DNA of 64,000 nucleotides from Octopus sinensis (GCF_006345805.1 NC_043004.1:104966001-105030000); one strand, 5' to 3'; counted from the first letter of the stretch, positions 1 through 13,779 are shown. Notes: generated by a model not told the origin, from the letters alone. Made by a program: numbers and translations.

Positions 1-2745
1 AGACAGCTGGACGTTTCTAAGGGACAACCTGCTGAGAGCCACTGACCAGATCTGTGGCTGGTGCAAAGTCCCCTCTCGACCTAGAATAACGTGGTGGTGG
101 AACAATATTGTAGACAGGGCTATTAGAGAAAAGAGACAGGCTTGGAAGGTCTGGAAAAATGGGGGTAGCAGGGAATTGTATCAGACTGCCAAAGAGAAGC
201 TAGGAGACAGGTTTATTTAGCCAGAGGGGAAGCAGATAAGAAAAAATTTGCCAATGTTCTGCGCCGTGAGGACCAAAGACTGGAGGTGTTTCGTGTTGCA
301 AGACAGTGTGTGAGAGAGAATCGTGATGTGGTAGGAGAGAAGTGTGTTCGCATGGAAGATGGTTCACTTGCGCTAAATGAGGATGCAAAGAGAGAGGTTT
401 GGAGATGCCACTATGAAAGGTTGCTGAATGAGAAAATGAATGGGATAAAGAGAGTCTGCCGAATGTTGACCCAACAGAGGGACCAGCTATCCGAGTTGAT
501 AGTTCTGTGGTAGCTAAGGCAATTAGAAGCATGAAGACAGGGAAAGCCCCAGGCCCATCAGGAATCACTGCAGAGATGCTCAAAATGTCTGGTAGTGTCG
601 GCTATAGCCTAGTCACCCATATAGTTAATCAGGTGATACACAAAGGGGTCATACCCAATGACTGGTGTAGCAGTATAATAGTCAACTGCTACAAAGGTAA
701 AGGTGATGCCCTAGATACAAATAACTACAGAGGTATCAAGCTGTTGGACCAGGTGATGAAGGTTACGGAGAGGGTCATAGCCCAACTAATTAGAGAGAGA
801 GTTAGTTTAGATGAGATGCAGTTTGGGTTTGTGCCAGGGAAAAGTACTACTGATGCTATATTCCTGGTAAGGCAGCTGCAGGAGAAATACCTAGCCAAAG
901 ATAAGCCCCTGTACCTGGCTTTTGTTGACATGGAGAAAGCCTTCGACAGGGTCCCCCGATCCCTTATCTGGTGGGCAATGAGAAAACTAGGGATAGATGA
1001 ATGGTTAGTGAGAGCTGTGCGGGCCATGTATAGGGACGCCGCTAGTAGGGTGAGGGTGTGGTGAAATGAGTACAGTGAAGAATTCCGGGTAGAGGTAGGG
1101 GTCCACCAAGGCTCAGTACTCAGCCCCCTCCTATTATCATAGTCCTCCAGGCAATAACGGAGGAATTCAAGACAGGATGCCCTTGGGAGCTCCTCTATGC
1201 TGATGACCTTGCTCTAATTGCTGAGTCGCTATCAGAACTGGAGGAGAAGTTTCAGGTGTGGAAACAAGGATTAGAATCGAAGGGCCTCAGAGTCAATCTA
1301 GCTAAAACCAAAGTCGTAATCAGTAGGAAGGTAGACAAATCACAAACACCTTCAGGTAGATGGCCCTGCTCGATCTGTAGAAAAGGTGTAGGTAGAAACT
1401 CTATAAGATGCACCAAGTGTAAGCTATGGACACATAAGAGATGCAGCAATGTCAAAGGAAGGCTAACTAGGAAGATGGTTTTTGTATGTGGCAGATGCTC
1501 AGGAACAATAAACACTGAAAATGCTCTGAGACCAACTTCCGTCACTTTCCAGGAGGAAAAACTAGAAATAGTTGATAGTTTCCGTTACCTAGGTGACCAA
1601 GTCAGCAGCGGGGGCGGGTGTGTGCTGAAAGTGTAACTGCTAGAGTAAGAATAGCTTGGGCAAAGTTCAGAGAGCTCTTACCTCTGCTGGTGACAAAAGG
1701 CCTCTCGCACAGAGTGAAAGGCAGACTGTATGATGCGTGTGTACGAACAGCCATGCTACATGGCAGTGAAACATGGGCCGTGACTGCTGAGGATATGCGT
1801 AAGCTCGCTAGAAATGAAGCCAGTATGCTCCGATGGATGTGTAATGCCGGTACTCACACTCGGCAGAGTGTAAGTACCTTGAGAGAAAAGCTGGACCTAA
1901 GAAGCATCAGTTGTGGTGTGCAAGAGAGACGTTTGCGCTGGTATGGTCATGTGGCGAGAATGGATGAAGATAGTTGTGTGAAAAAGTGCCACACCCTAGT
2001 GGAAGAGGCAGACCCAGGAAAACCTGGGACGAGGTGGTGAAGCACGACCTTCGAACTTTAGGTCTCACTGAGGAAATGACTAGAGACCGAGACCTCTGGA
2101 AGTGTGCTGTGCGCGAGAAGACCCGGCAGGACAAGTGAGTCCACAACCCGTGGCCTTCTACATGGGATGGAGCCAGCCTACGTATGCATACCTTCCCTTC
2201 TTGGGACACAAAACTCTACTTGTGAAGACGTGTTGAGGCAAGTGAGGATCAGAATCGAAATCGATCAATGGAAATTGCGGATGTGCTACCAGTGCGGTGG
2301 CATGTCGAAACTCTGCTTGTGAAGACCCATTGAGGCAAGTGAGGATCAGAATCGAAATCGATCAATGGAAATCGATCAATGGAAATTGCAGATGTGTTAC
2401 CAGTGCCGGTGGCATGTAAGAGAACTTTCCACTTCGCGACCGTTGCCAGCACCGCCCCGTTTCGTGTCCGTTGCCAGCCTCGCCTGGCCTCGTGCCGGTG
2501 GCACATAAAAAGCACCATCCGTTCGTGGCCGTTTGCCAGCTCTGTCTGGCACCAGTGCGGGTGGCACGTAAAAAGCACCCACTACACTCACGGAGTGGTT
2601 GGCGTTAGGAAGGGCATCCAGCCGTAGAAACACTGCCAGATTTGACTGGGCCTGATGAAGCCTTCTGGCTTCACAGACCCCAGTAGAACCGTCCAACCCA
2701 TGCTAGCATGGAAAACGGACGCTAAATGATGATGATGATGATGAT
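1..2745 (+). mobile_element. RTE-clade LINE, frameshifted, 5' end outside the window
   Basis: RT motifs KAPGPSGI, QFGFVPGKST, DMEKAFDRV, LLYADDL and MLHGSETW split over several frames; modular 3'UTR and (GAT)n tail. Confidence 0.92.
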
Positions 2746-2853
2746 GTATGGTTAGATAAATCATCTTTTTATGGAGAATACAAAACTTTACATGAAAAAT
2801 AAGAAGCAGCTGGAAAGTCTTTTATATATTGTTTGCATTTTCTTAAATGATGT

Positions 2854-3029
2854 AGGCGCAGGAGTGGCTGTGTGGTAAGTAGCTTGCTAACCAACCACAT
2901 GGTTCCGGGTTCAGTCCCACTGTGTGGCATCTTGGGCAAGTGTCTTCTGCTATAGCCCCGGGCCGACCAATGCCTTGTGAGTGAATTTGGTAGACGGAAA
3001 CTGAAAGAAGCCTGTCGTATATATGTATG

Positions 3030-3080
<51 letters not shown>

Positions 3081-3276
3081 CTGTGTTTGTCCCCCTAGCA
3101 TTGCTTGACAACCGATGCTGGTGTGTGTTTACGTCCCCGTCACTTAGCGGTTCGGCAAAAGAGACCAATAGAATAAGTACTAGGCTTACAAAAGAATAAG
3201 TCCCGGGGTCGATTTGCTCGACTAAAGGCGGTGCTCCAGCATGGCCGCAGTCAAATGACTGAAACAAGTAAAAGAG
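2854..3276 (+). mobile_element. SINE family 1 (tRNA-like head, internal (TA)n(TG)n, about 200-bp tail)
   Basis: A/B-box-like tggctgtgtggtaag and ggttcagtcc. Full copies also at 7603-8046(-), 32604-33025(+), 41330-41730(+) and 48420-48750(+); split copy at 23545-23762 plus 26765-26955(-); many partial or old copies. Confidence 0.85.
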
Positions 3277-3289
3277 AGAAAAGAGAGTA

Positions 3290-4690
3290 TGGGACTTGGG
3301 ACTGAAGAGTACACTATATTGATAATGAAATGGGGGTAGATTTAAAGGAAGCCAGGGAATTGAAATGCCAAATGAGCAAACAATGAAAGTAGTTGAGAAA
3401 GGACAGTGATATAAGTATTTGGGAAAACTGGAGGCAGATAAAATAAAACATGAAGGGACAAAAGAAGCTACAAGTAGGGAATACACAAGGAGAGTGAGAA
3501 AATATTACAGAAAAAGGCTGAATTCAAAAAATGTTCTTGAAGCTGTGCCAGTTATCAGGTATGGAGCTGGAATTGAGGAGTGGGCAGAAAGCAACATACA
3601 GAAAGTTGACAGAAAAACTAGAAAGATGTTGACTATGTATGGAACCCATGGTCTGAAAGCTGATATTAACTGGTTGTACTTGAAAAGAGACCAGAGTGGA
3701 AGAGGATTAACTGCTGTTGAAGAGTGTGTACAAATGGAAAGAAAAAGACTACTAGATTACTTACAGAACAGTACAGAGAAATTACTAAAGGCAGGGAATA
3801 AAGATTGAATGTGGAACGGGAGAAAAGGACAAGAATGAGATTCAAAGAGAGCATGTTAAGCACATTGATAAGAAATCACTGTATGGGCAGGTTTGAAAAG
3901 CCACTGAGAATGTGTGTGGAACAAAATCCTGGGCTTGGTAGAGAAAAGAACAATTGGAAAAGGAAACAGGTAGCTTTATAGAACTTCAAGATCAAGTACT
4001 ACAAACAACTTGAGAAAATATGAGCATGTGGAGGTGTCAGTAAAATGTAGATTATATAGAATTTGGGCTGAAACAATGGCACACATTATTGCAGAATGCC
4101 CCAAGTTGGCTCAGGAAGAATATAAGAAATGGAGGCATGACCAAGTTATGAAAGTTTTGCACTGAAAGCTTTGTCAGAAATGGAAGTTTGAAGCTGGAAG
4201 TGCTTAGAGTAATCACTGAATAGAAAGAGTACTTGAGTGTTCATTTTATAGGATTTTCCAATCCAAACAGATTAGAAGATAGAAAATAAGAAGCCAGATA
4301 TAACAACAATAGACAAGGAAAATTTGATCCATCATGTCCATTTGTTTCCAGAATTGTGAAGAAAGAAGACAAAAAATTTTTTAAATACAATCCCTTAAAA
4401 TTTGAGACTGTGAGAATTTGGAATATGAAATCGGTAAAGGTTGTGCCTGTAATAATTGGTGCCTTGGGGACTGTGAGTAATGATACAGACAAATGGTTGA
4501 AGAACATGTAAAGCCTTGACAGAAAGTTTGCCTCTTAAGAACAGGAGAGATTATCAGAAGAGTTTTGAATACTTGAAAAATTATTGGAATTTTGTGGGTA
4601 TCTAAGGTAACACATAGTAACCCACGACTCACATAAATTCTACCAGGAATAAGTCCACTCCTGAGTCAAGGCAAATTATAATAACAATAA
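3290..4690 (+). mobile_element. Degenerate R4/Dong-like non-LTR retrotransposon, 3' part
   Basis: YKYLG...RKTRKMLTMYG...LYLKRDQSGRGL, followed by a CCHC-like segment (AETMAHIIAECPKLAQEEYKKWRHDQ), an RLE-type tail (VVPVIIGALGTV) and an (AAT)n end. Confidence 0.7.
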
Positions 4691-5144
4691 TGATTGTTTC
4701 TACTTTTGATGCAAGGCCAGCAATCTTGAGAGAAGCGGTTAGTTGATACCACCAACTCCAGGTCTTATCTGGCACATTATATTATTGACCCCTAAAAGAT
4801 GAAAAACAAAGTTGAACTCAGAATGTAAAAAGCCAAAAGAAATACTGCAAAGAATTATTTCCGATAATCTACTAATTCTGCCAATCTACCACCATTGTAT
4901 TAAATTCTAACATAGGTACAAAGCTAGAAACTTGAGGTAAGAGTTAATCAATTAAATCAACCTCAGTACATAACTGGTATTTTGTTTGTTCGATCTCAGA
5001 AGGATGAAAGGCAAATTTTGGCAGGATTTGAACTAAGAATGTAAAGTACTGGAATAAATGCTCCTATGCTTCTACTAATTAATAACATTAACAATTATAA
5101 TTTATAATGAAGGAGAGCTCTCCATTTCTGTGTGACAAAGAGTT

Positions 5145-5150
5145 TTTATT
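5145..5150 (-). terminator. Candidate polyadenylation signal AATAAA for ARMH1
   Basis: tttatt on the + strand, just past both possible stop codons. Confidence 0.45.
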
Positions 5151-5232
5151 CTTTACTTTGGAGAGTTTTCTATTTTTTACTTCATTACAGAAGACAAAAT
5201 GTAAAGGGACATAACTAAATACCACAAAACAT

Positions 5233-5279
5233 TCAGTCCAGCTCTGGCTTTTTCTGCCTTTCTAATGGTTTTGCCTCCA
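5233..5279 (-). CDS. ARMH1: Possible ARMH1 terminal exon 11 ((M)EAKPLERQKKPELD*)
   Basis: tttag|TG, phase compatible with exon 10. It requires a 38-nt intron. AATAAA lies about 85 nt past the stop. Confidence 0.4.
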
Positions 5280-5317
5280 CTAAATATATCAAATTAACTA
5301 TCATAAGATATACTCAC

Positions 5318-5399
5318 TTATATGTATGTTGCCTCTGATATTCTCTAGTGTCTCCACTTCACTAACACAGAGATTTTGGTAGAGAATGTTAGGTGACGA
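5318..5399 (-). CDS. ARMH1: ARMH1 exon 10 (82 nt to gtgagt donor; may read through to TGA near 5298)
   Basis: ttttcag|TCG. Encodes SSPNILYQNLCVSEVETLENIRGNIHI, which aligns with the ARMH1 C-terminal helix. Confidence 0.72.
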
Positions 5400-7427
5400 C
5401 TGAAAATTACAAAAAGACGAAAAATTTTTACATAGCATGTACATTGTAGCTATTACTATAAAAACTGGTTAGTTAATACACATGTAACTATAGTAACTAA
5501 TATGATATAGTTTGGAATATATAGAATTAACTAGTTACTTTGACAAAACCCAAAAAGACAGAAATCTACTTGTATGGTCCCCATCACCATTGCTACTGAT
5601 GTAGTTTTGTGTTATTTAACCTTTTAGAATTTAATCTGGCCGTATCCAACCAAAATATTCTACATGTTTTATGTTAAAACTGACCAGATCCAACCTCTCG
5701 CACCTACCCCACAATGTAATTCTGTAAATATACAAACATACCAATGAAATCTTGAAAGTACAAGATAATGCATGATTAATTCAAAATGATGGAAACAAAC
5801 AAGCAATATACTGGACAAAGAAACCTGAGTGCTAAACGGTTAATTCCGTATGTCCATAAGAGATTTTATCTCTGGACAAATACCGCAGCTAATTTGGCTT
5901 TCTATGATGTGTCTGCATTAAGTATGATACTCAGTTTACTATTTTAATATAATACTGCTTCAGTTGCACATCATGAAAAATATATTAGTTTTGTGTCCAC
6001 CTTTCTATGTTAGATCGGACAGAATGGCTTTTGTTGATATTCATTTGAGTCCGACAAAGCAATACTGATCCAACACCTGAGACCGAGGAGCCGCTACACA
6101 CATAATTGTCTTAAACCACATGATAAAGGCCAGCCATCTGATAGGCATGGAATTGCTCATCAATACATTCAAACCTCTGGCCCTTAAATGAGCTGTCATC
6201 CCCCTCTACCTTTTCTACCATTATTAATGCCTCTTCCTCTTCCTTTAACTTCTGTCTCCATTCTTTCCATCCCAGAATGTTACCCCTTCAGAATTTCCCC
6301 CCTGTTCATGGTTTTCCTGGAGTCATTTTAAGAACCACATTCATCTCACCAGCCTTGGAAAGCTTACGAAAACTATGAGTACAACCGCTTCCTTCATACC
6401 AAACCATTTATTTTTTTCCCTTCCTTTGTAATGGATATTCTTGTAGCTGATAATCCTTCTTAACCAGTAAAGGGGTCATTTTATTATGTACATTTCACCG
6501 AGGCCTGGCACAATAGTTGTTGTGACATTTAAACTCATGATCATGAACCATGTTGTCTGAAACAAGCAATTTCATTTTACAATTGTATAACTAATGAATT
6601 ATATTTAACCATAGCAACTGTTAACCATAGTAACTGTTAAGTGGAGGCTCATGGCTTGATGGTTAGGGTGCCGGGCTCGTATTTGTAAGATTGTGGTTTC
6701 AATCCCTGGACTGGCTGATCCGTTGTGTTCTCAAGCAAAAAACTTCATTTCGCATTGCTCCAGTCCACTCAGCAGGTAAAAATGAATAACCCCATGATGG
6801 ACCATGGAGGAATATATACACAAGAAACTGGAAAACCAGTCCTATGCTCCTTACAGAGTGATGTCGACTAACCATAAGTAACTGTTAAGCTTGGTATATA
6901 CAGCTACAGCAAACAGTCCCTGTAGAGCCTTAGCAATTGGTTATATGCAGCAGATGTTGCCAGTGTAACAAGTTAAATGTGAAACCAAAACTAAAACAAA
7001 TATAATTACAGTAACAAGCTATGTAATCATTAAAAACATTTAACCGTATACCCCTTATGTCTGAATACAAAATATATTAGTTGATTATTATTGCTAGAGT
7101 AACTTTCTCTTATATTAAGCAGAGGCTCTGAACTGAGGTCCATATGATCCTCAGGGGATCCACATAAGATTTTGCTGTTAAAATTTATGTTCTATGTATT
7201 CATTATATTTTACAATACATAAAATACACAAAACAATTTTTTTATGCACTCCCTAATAATTGATTTTAAAAATATAATGGGATTTTTTCAGCTGTAATCT
7301 AATTTGTAATTTTTCAAAAAAATACGGTCCATTAAAGTCACAGAAGAAAGTCATTTGTTCTTGTGAAACGAAATAAAAATTTCAAATTAACTCATGGTAA
7401 AGAAACAAAAAAACTGGAGCAACGTAC

Positions 7428-7505
7428 CATTAGAACATTGTAAAGTTCATCTCCGAGGACATCTTTGATCTTTACTGCTTCTTCTGGAAATGTCTTGGCA
7501 AAGTA
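7428..7505 (-). CDS. ARMH1: ARMH1 exon 9 (78 nt)
   Basis: tttctag|TAC...ATG|gtacgt, phase 0 to 0. Encodes YFAKTFPEEAVKIKDVLGDELYNVLM. Confidence 0.8.
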
Positions 7506-7821
7506 CTAGAAACAGAAATAAATATTTCCCTAACCTGAAGACAAATGAATGAACATTTAATAGACATGAGCATGCATGACTCTCAACTTAAATACTTGGG
7601 ATTACTCTTTTACTCTTTTGTTTCAGTCATTTGACTGCGGCCATGCTGGAGCACCGCCTTTAGTCAAGCAAATCGACCCCAGGACTTATTCTTTGTACAC
7701 CTAGTACTTAATCTATCGGTCTCTTTTGCCTAACCGCTAAGTTACGGGGACGTAAACACACCAGCATCGGTTGTCAAGCAATGCTAGGGAGACAAACACA
7801 GACACACAAACATATGCACAA

Positions 7822-7876
<55 letters not shown>

Positions 7877-8332
7877 TATATACGACGGGCTTCTTTCAGT
7901 TTCCATGTACCAAATCCACTGACATGGCTTTGGTCGGCCCGAGGCTATAGTAGAAGACACTTGCCCAAGGTGCCATGCAGTGGGACTGAACCCAGAACCA
8001 TGTAGTTCATAAGCAAGCTACTTACCACACAGCCACTCCTGTGCCTGTAGATGTTAATTTTTTCTACTAAAATCACAAGGCCTAAAATGATGATGATGAT
8101 GATAATAATAATAATCCTCTCCACTAAAGGCACAAGGTCTGAAATATTGAGGGAAGGGATAAGTCAATTACATAGACCCCAGTGTTTTGCTGGTACTTAA
8201 TTTATCAACCCCGAAAGGATGAAAGGCAAAGTCCAACTTCAACAGAATTTGAACCCAGAATGCAAAGATGGACAAAATGCCACAAAACATTTTGCCTGGT
8301 ATGCTAATGATTCTGCTAGCTCACCACCTTAA

Positions 8333-8368
<36 letters not shown>

Positions 8369-10681
8369 CTGGTGGTGGTGGTGGTCATGGTGGTGGTGAT
8401 GATGATGATGCCCTGATGCAGTACCAGGCAGTGGCTCTCATGGCTCCTGATCTTAACTGATTGGAAGTGTTATCATGTACGTTGTTTTGTCTTGGTATAA
8501 AAGATGGGCTACAGCAAATATTCTGCTCAATACCACAGATCTGCTTGTCAGTTGTTTGACCATAACCAGTTGAGCATGTCCCTTAGTGGCTGACGATATG
8601 TGCATCTCTGATCACGAGCAGAAGTAGTGGGGGAGCATCATAGGGTTTGAATAATTCACCTCTGGAAACATGGGTGTTTCATTCAACATCCTTAAACAAC
8701 CCTTATTCAGGGACCTTTTGAGCAGGATGGGTTACCCAACCAGAAGAAAATTCTAACCTGCATGGTCATGTGCTGTTTATCTTGATATGAGATCACCATG
8801 TTGCACACATGGTTGTGACGGATGTGCCTGGTGTACCCTTATCAGACGGGTAGTCATGATGGGTATACTGGGCTTCGTATATTTTACTCCAGTGTCACTT
8901 TGATGGCATACACTGCTCTCTCACTCAATAATAATAATAATGATGATGAAGGTGATGGTGATGATGATGATGATTTCAAATATTACCACAAGGCCAGCAA
9001 TTTCAGGGGAAGGGACAAATCGATTATATCAAACCTCAGTATGCAACTGGTACTTAATTTATCAACCCCGAAAGGATGAAAGGCAAAGTCGACCCCAGCG
9101 GAATTTGAACTCAGAATGTAAAGACAGACAAAATACTGCTAAGCATTTCGCCCGGCATGCTAACAATTCTGCCAGATAATAATAATACTAATGCTTGTTG
9201 TTGTTGTTGCTGTTACTACTGCTGCTGCTGCTGCTGCTGCTGTTTAGCCCCCAAGTCAGCCTTGATTGTGCAGATCAAAGATTAGAGGAATTACAGTCTT
9301 CTCTTTTGATATATTGTCTAGAACCACATTGTCTAGTATTTATTTACTTTATGAAAATGGCAAGATGTGTTTGAGGAAGATTTCAGTGCTATTTTTAACA
9401 CATCAAGCAATCATATAGAGATTTTCTTTTTTATTTGGCTGCAGAGGGCAATACCACCTGATTAAAGATATTCTTTTCTATTATAGCCTTAAATTTGTGG
9501 GGGACGGGGACAGTCGATTACATCGACCCCAGTATTCAACTGGTACTTAATTTATCGACCCTGAAAGGACAAAAGGTAAAGTTGACCTCAGCGGAATTTG
9601 AACTCAGAACATAGCGACAGGTAAAATACCACTAAGCATTTCCGCCAGCTCGCTGCCTTCACACTGATTAAAGATATTGATGATACCTGTGACTGATTAC
9701 AGTTGTACCAGTCTATGTAGTGGTGGTTTGCAGTGGTCTGCCCTTCGGAAGGTCCTGTGAATGTGAACCTTTCCCACCACTCTTTATATGACTTGGGAGG
9801 GCCCATATCCTCTTCTGCCACCAGTAAGTAGAATACTGAAACTTCAGTTTCCATGACTAGACTTTGAATGAATACTGGAGTGGTTTCCCATCGTCTTCTC
9901 CGGACAGGAAAGATTTGATCTCAGAATATGGAGAGTTGTAATATATACTGCAAAACATCTCTGCCAACGCACCAACAATTCTGCCACTTTCCTACCTGCA
10001 GAGCAACATGAAGTGAAGTGTTTTGCTCAAGAACATAACACACCAGTCACCCTGGGAATCAAACCCACGATCTAGCAATTGTGAGTGCAACAGCCTAACC
10101 ACTTGGCCATCTGCCTTCACAGTATTTCAGGAAACAAGTATCATTGTCTGATGATGCAGAAGGTAATACTGATTCTAGTATACAGATGACTGTGATTCAA
10201 AACAGATTCCATTAGCTGAAGACAGAAGTATTTATAATTCAAAGCTAAGCTATCAGAGACTTAAAACATTTGAAAAGAGAAGACTAATCACTTGTATTTG
10301 ACTGGTACCTGTTTTATCAACCCTGAAAGGATGAAGGGCAAAGTTGACCTTGGCAGAATTTAAACTCAGGATGTGAAAAGCTGACAGGAATACTGCTAAG
10401 CATTTTGTCTGGCTGCTAACGATTCTGCCAGCTGGCTGCTTAAGTCTTAAAACTTATAATGCTAACATTCATGGCATCATGACACATTTTCCAAGAAAGC
10501 GTAACTAAATATAATTAATTGATTAGTAGTAAACTACTGTAGATGTGTTTAGAGTGTATAGGAGAGTCAGAGTCTGAGAAGGAGTTTAAGTTTGGTTAGT
10601 GCGAAGGATGTAGAATATAATGTTTCTGCCACTTTCCTTACTATTCGACTGAAAGTGAGGAAGAGAGAGCTAGAAAGAAAG

Positions 10682-10733
<52 letters not shown>

Positions 10734-11564
10734 GACAGAGACAGACAGACAGACAGACAGGCAGGTAGAAAGTGTCTGATGCTTTGACTCCAATCAAGCA
10801 AATGATGAAATGATCAAAATGAATGAGGTGGTGTCAAGAATAAAGAGAAGGAGCAATAGGAGAAATGGTCTAAGAGGGTCAGAAGCTTGGAGATATGGGG
10901 TGGGGGGCAAAGATGAAGGGAGTTGGAATTAGGAAAAAGGGAAAAGAACCAATGGGTGATGCAGAGTACAGGCATAGATATGTGGTTCAAATCCACCATA
11001 TGGCACTTTGGATGAGTATTTTCTACCATAGTCTTTGATGTTAACCAACAGCTTGTGAGTAGAATTCGATAACTGGAAACTGCTTACCATTTATATCTGT
11101 GTGGTTGATGAGTTTGCTTCCCAACAACAGGATTTCTGAGTTCAAACCCCACCCCCTCTGAAATTACTGGCCTTGTTCAAGAATTAGAAAAAATGGTAAT
11201 TCTTACCCCCTCTTCTTCCCATTCATCTAGCTTTCTCTGTAAAATATTTTTTCGAATTGAACGACCAAAATATTTCAGTTTCTTTCTCCTTAATGATTCC
11301 TAATAAAATTTTCATAGATTTTGCCATTATTGGTACTTAGTGATTGATTTTTTCTTTCTGTGAGTGACACTCTCAAAAGTTTTCTAAATGACACAGGTAT
11401 GACTGTGTGGTGAAGAAGCTCACTTTGTAACCATATCATTCAGGTTCATTCCCACTGTGTGGCACCTTGGGCAAGATCTTTAATTATAACCTCAGGATGA
11501 CCTATGCCTTGTGAGTGAATTTGGTAGAGAGAAACTGTACAGAAGCCTGTTATGTATATATAAG

Positions 11565-11595
<31 letters not shown>

Positions 11596-11666
11596 CACAC
11601 ACACACACGCACACACACACACACACAACACACACACACACACACACACGCACACACACACACACA

Positions 11667-11706
<40 letters not shown>

Positions 11707-11950
11707 TAAGTTTGTTTATGAGAAATGTTTTTGATTGCGCTCATTGTGCAACTTTTGCCTGAAGAAATGAACCCATGTATTAATACTCCCTCTTAAAAGC
11801 CATGAATTTTGTAAATCATATTTGTAATATCCTATGGATGGGGAATACAGCAACTAAAACATGAGGTTTATGAAAATGTACGTAGCAATGCTTTAAAGGA
11901 TTTACGAATTTCCATCCAAAAGTTCTTGTTATTACTATACATATATATAT

Positions 11951-12765
11951 GATGTGGTGTGCAAGAGCGACGCTTGCGATGGTATGGTCATGTGCTGCGG
12001 ATGGATGAGGAGAGATGTGTGAAGAAGTGCCACTCCCAAACAGTTGAAGGTATCAGGGGGAGAGGTAGACCCAGGAAGACATGGGATGAGGTAGTCAAGC
12101 ATGACCTCAGAGCGTTGGGCCTCACTGAGGCAATGGCGAAGGACCGAGATCTCTGGAGATATGCTGTGACTGCAAAGACCCGGGCTGCTTCCTGCATCAG
12201 TTCCGCATAGCCCCTGCCCATTCAAAGTACCCCGGATCCCAGAACGTCCTGCAGTGCTTGAGGAGACCTGTTAAGTCAAGTACATGAACATGAACGTCGA
12301 AATAAATATCAATGGAAATAGTAGTTGCGATGTCTGTGCCGGTGGCACATAAAAAGCACTATCCGAACATGGCCGATGCTAGTGCCGTCCCGACTGGCTT
12401 CTGTGCCGGTGGCACATAAAAAGCACCACCCGAACGTGGCCGATGCCAGTGCCGCCCCGACTGGCTCCTGTGCCGGTGGCACATAAAAAGACGATCCGAA
12501 CGTTGCCAGTGCCGCCTTGGCTGGCTTCCGTGCCGCTGGCACGTTAAAAGCTCCAACCTATTGTGACCGATGCCGGACCCCCCCTGGCACCTGTGTGGGT
12601 GGCACGTAAAAAGCAGCCACTACACTCGCGGAGTGGTTGGCGTTAGGAAGGGCGTCCAGCCGTAGAAACTCTGCCAGATCAGACTGGAGCCTGGAGCAGC
12701 CCCTGGCTTCCCAGACCCCGGTTGAACCGTCCAACCCGTGCTAGCACGGAAAACGGACGTTAAAC

Positions 12766-12798
<33 letters not shown>
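11951..12798 (+). mobile_element. 5'-truncated RTE LINE (second subfamily), 3' end
   Basis: QERRLRWYGHVLRM...RGRGRPRKTW, five 60-67 bp UTR modules, shared terminal sequence and (GAT)n tail; flanked by (TA)n. Confidence 0.88.
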
Positions 12799-12801
<3 letters not shown>

Positions 12802-12913
12802 ATATATAGATATATATATATGAAGGGAAAGCTTACGAAAATAAACAAAAGACGAAGGCAGGTGGTGTACAAACAAACAAATGTATTAGTATAGCGCTCA
12901 GGAATAGAAAAAG

Positions 12914-12951
12914 TCTTTTACGTTTCGAGCCTACGCTCTTCGACAGAAAGA
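12914..12951 (-). ncRNA. Minimal type I hammerhead-like motif, family A (A6U core)
   Basis: TCTTT-CTGTCGA-A-GAGC(GTAG)GCTC-GAAA-CG-T-A-AAAGA: 5-bp stem I, 4-bp stem II and palindromic ACGU at stem III. Confidence 0.6.
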
Positions 12952-13077
12952 TACACAGAAAAAAACAAGGAGAGAAAAGAAATGTGTGTAGTAGCTAACG
13001 ATCTATCATGGCATCTGACATCGGACAGAATGGTCAGCCGCAAGAGGAACAGTAGGAGAGATAACAGGGTCAAGTGA

Positions 13078-13117
<40 letters not shown>

Positions 13118-13120
<3 letters not shown>

Positions 13121-13779
13121 GCATACTTCACCCTATATCATTAATTGGTTTCAGGAGACTTGACTTAAGTAGAAAAACGACTTAAGTCGAATTAACTTGT
13201 CTCTAGGCTAGGCTAGGCTGAACTTACTTGTTTCTAGGCTAAACCACTAATAACCATTCCCAGTGTTGTACTTCTAGTGTTATAGCATGACGCTTAGCAC
13301 TTTCACTATGAATTCTCTTAGGAGCCATGAGAGTAAAAAATAAAGTCACAAATGAATGAGAATGAGAAAGTAGTTGATAAACAAATCTGAATTCAAAACA
13401 ATCACAACTGACAACGCCTGATGGTAGATATTAGAACTACAGTGCAATATGAGCTCCGAAAGACCGATAAATAAAACAACACAGCTGATTTCATGACTTC
13501 ATTCACTGAGCTACACTACTTTATGGTGTGTGTCTTAACATTTACTGTACATATTTTAATATGATTTTATATGCTTTTATCCTTATTACAGTAACATGAT
13601 TTTATGTGCTTTTAGCGGTTTTCTAGTGACTTTGTAATTCCAGTAATTGTGGCAGACAGTGGCATAAAGTCAAGTAAAATGTCTTCACTTGATTTTTATT
13701 TTTCCATATCTTATTTTGGAAACCCGACATATAATTGAGATCGACTTAAATCGAAACGACTTAAGCCAAGGTACACCTG
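13118..13779. mobile_element. pogo/Tigger-like MITE in (TA)n
   Basis: CAGG...CCTG termini with subterminal gacttaagtcg motifs at both ends. Confidence 0.5.

Noticed and set aside
2854-2940. tRNA genes at the A/B-box-like sequences
   Set aside because: They are degenerate heads of multi-copy SINEs, with no intact cloverleaf.
12336-12610. CRISPR-like array of palindromic repeats
   Set aside because: The spacers are homologous to one another, the array is part of an RTE 3'UTR in eukaryotic DNA, and no cas genes are present.
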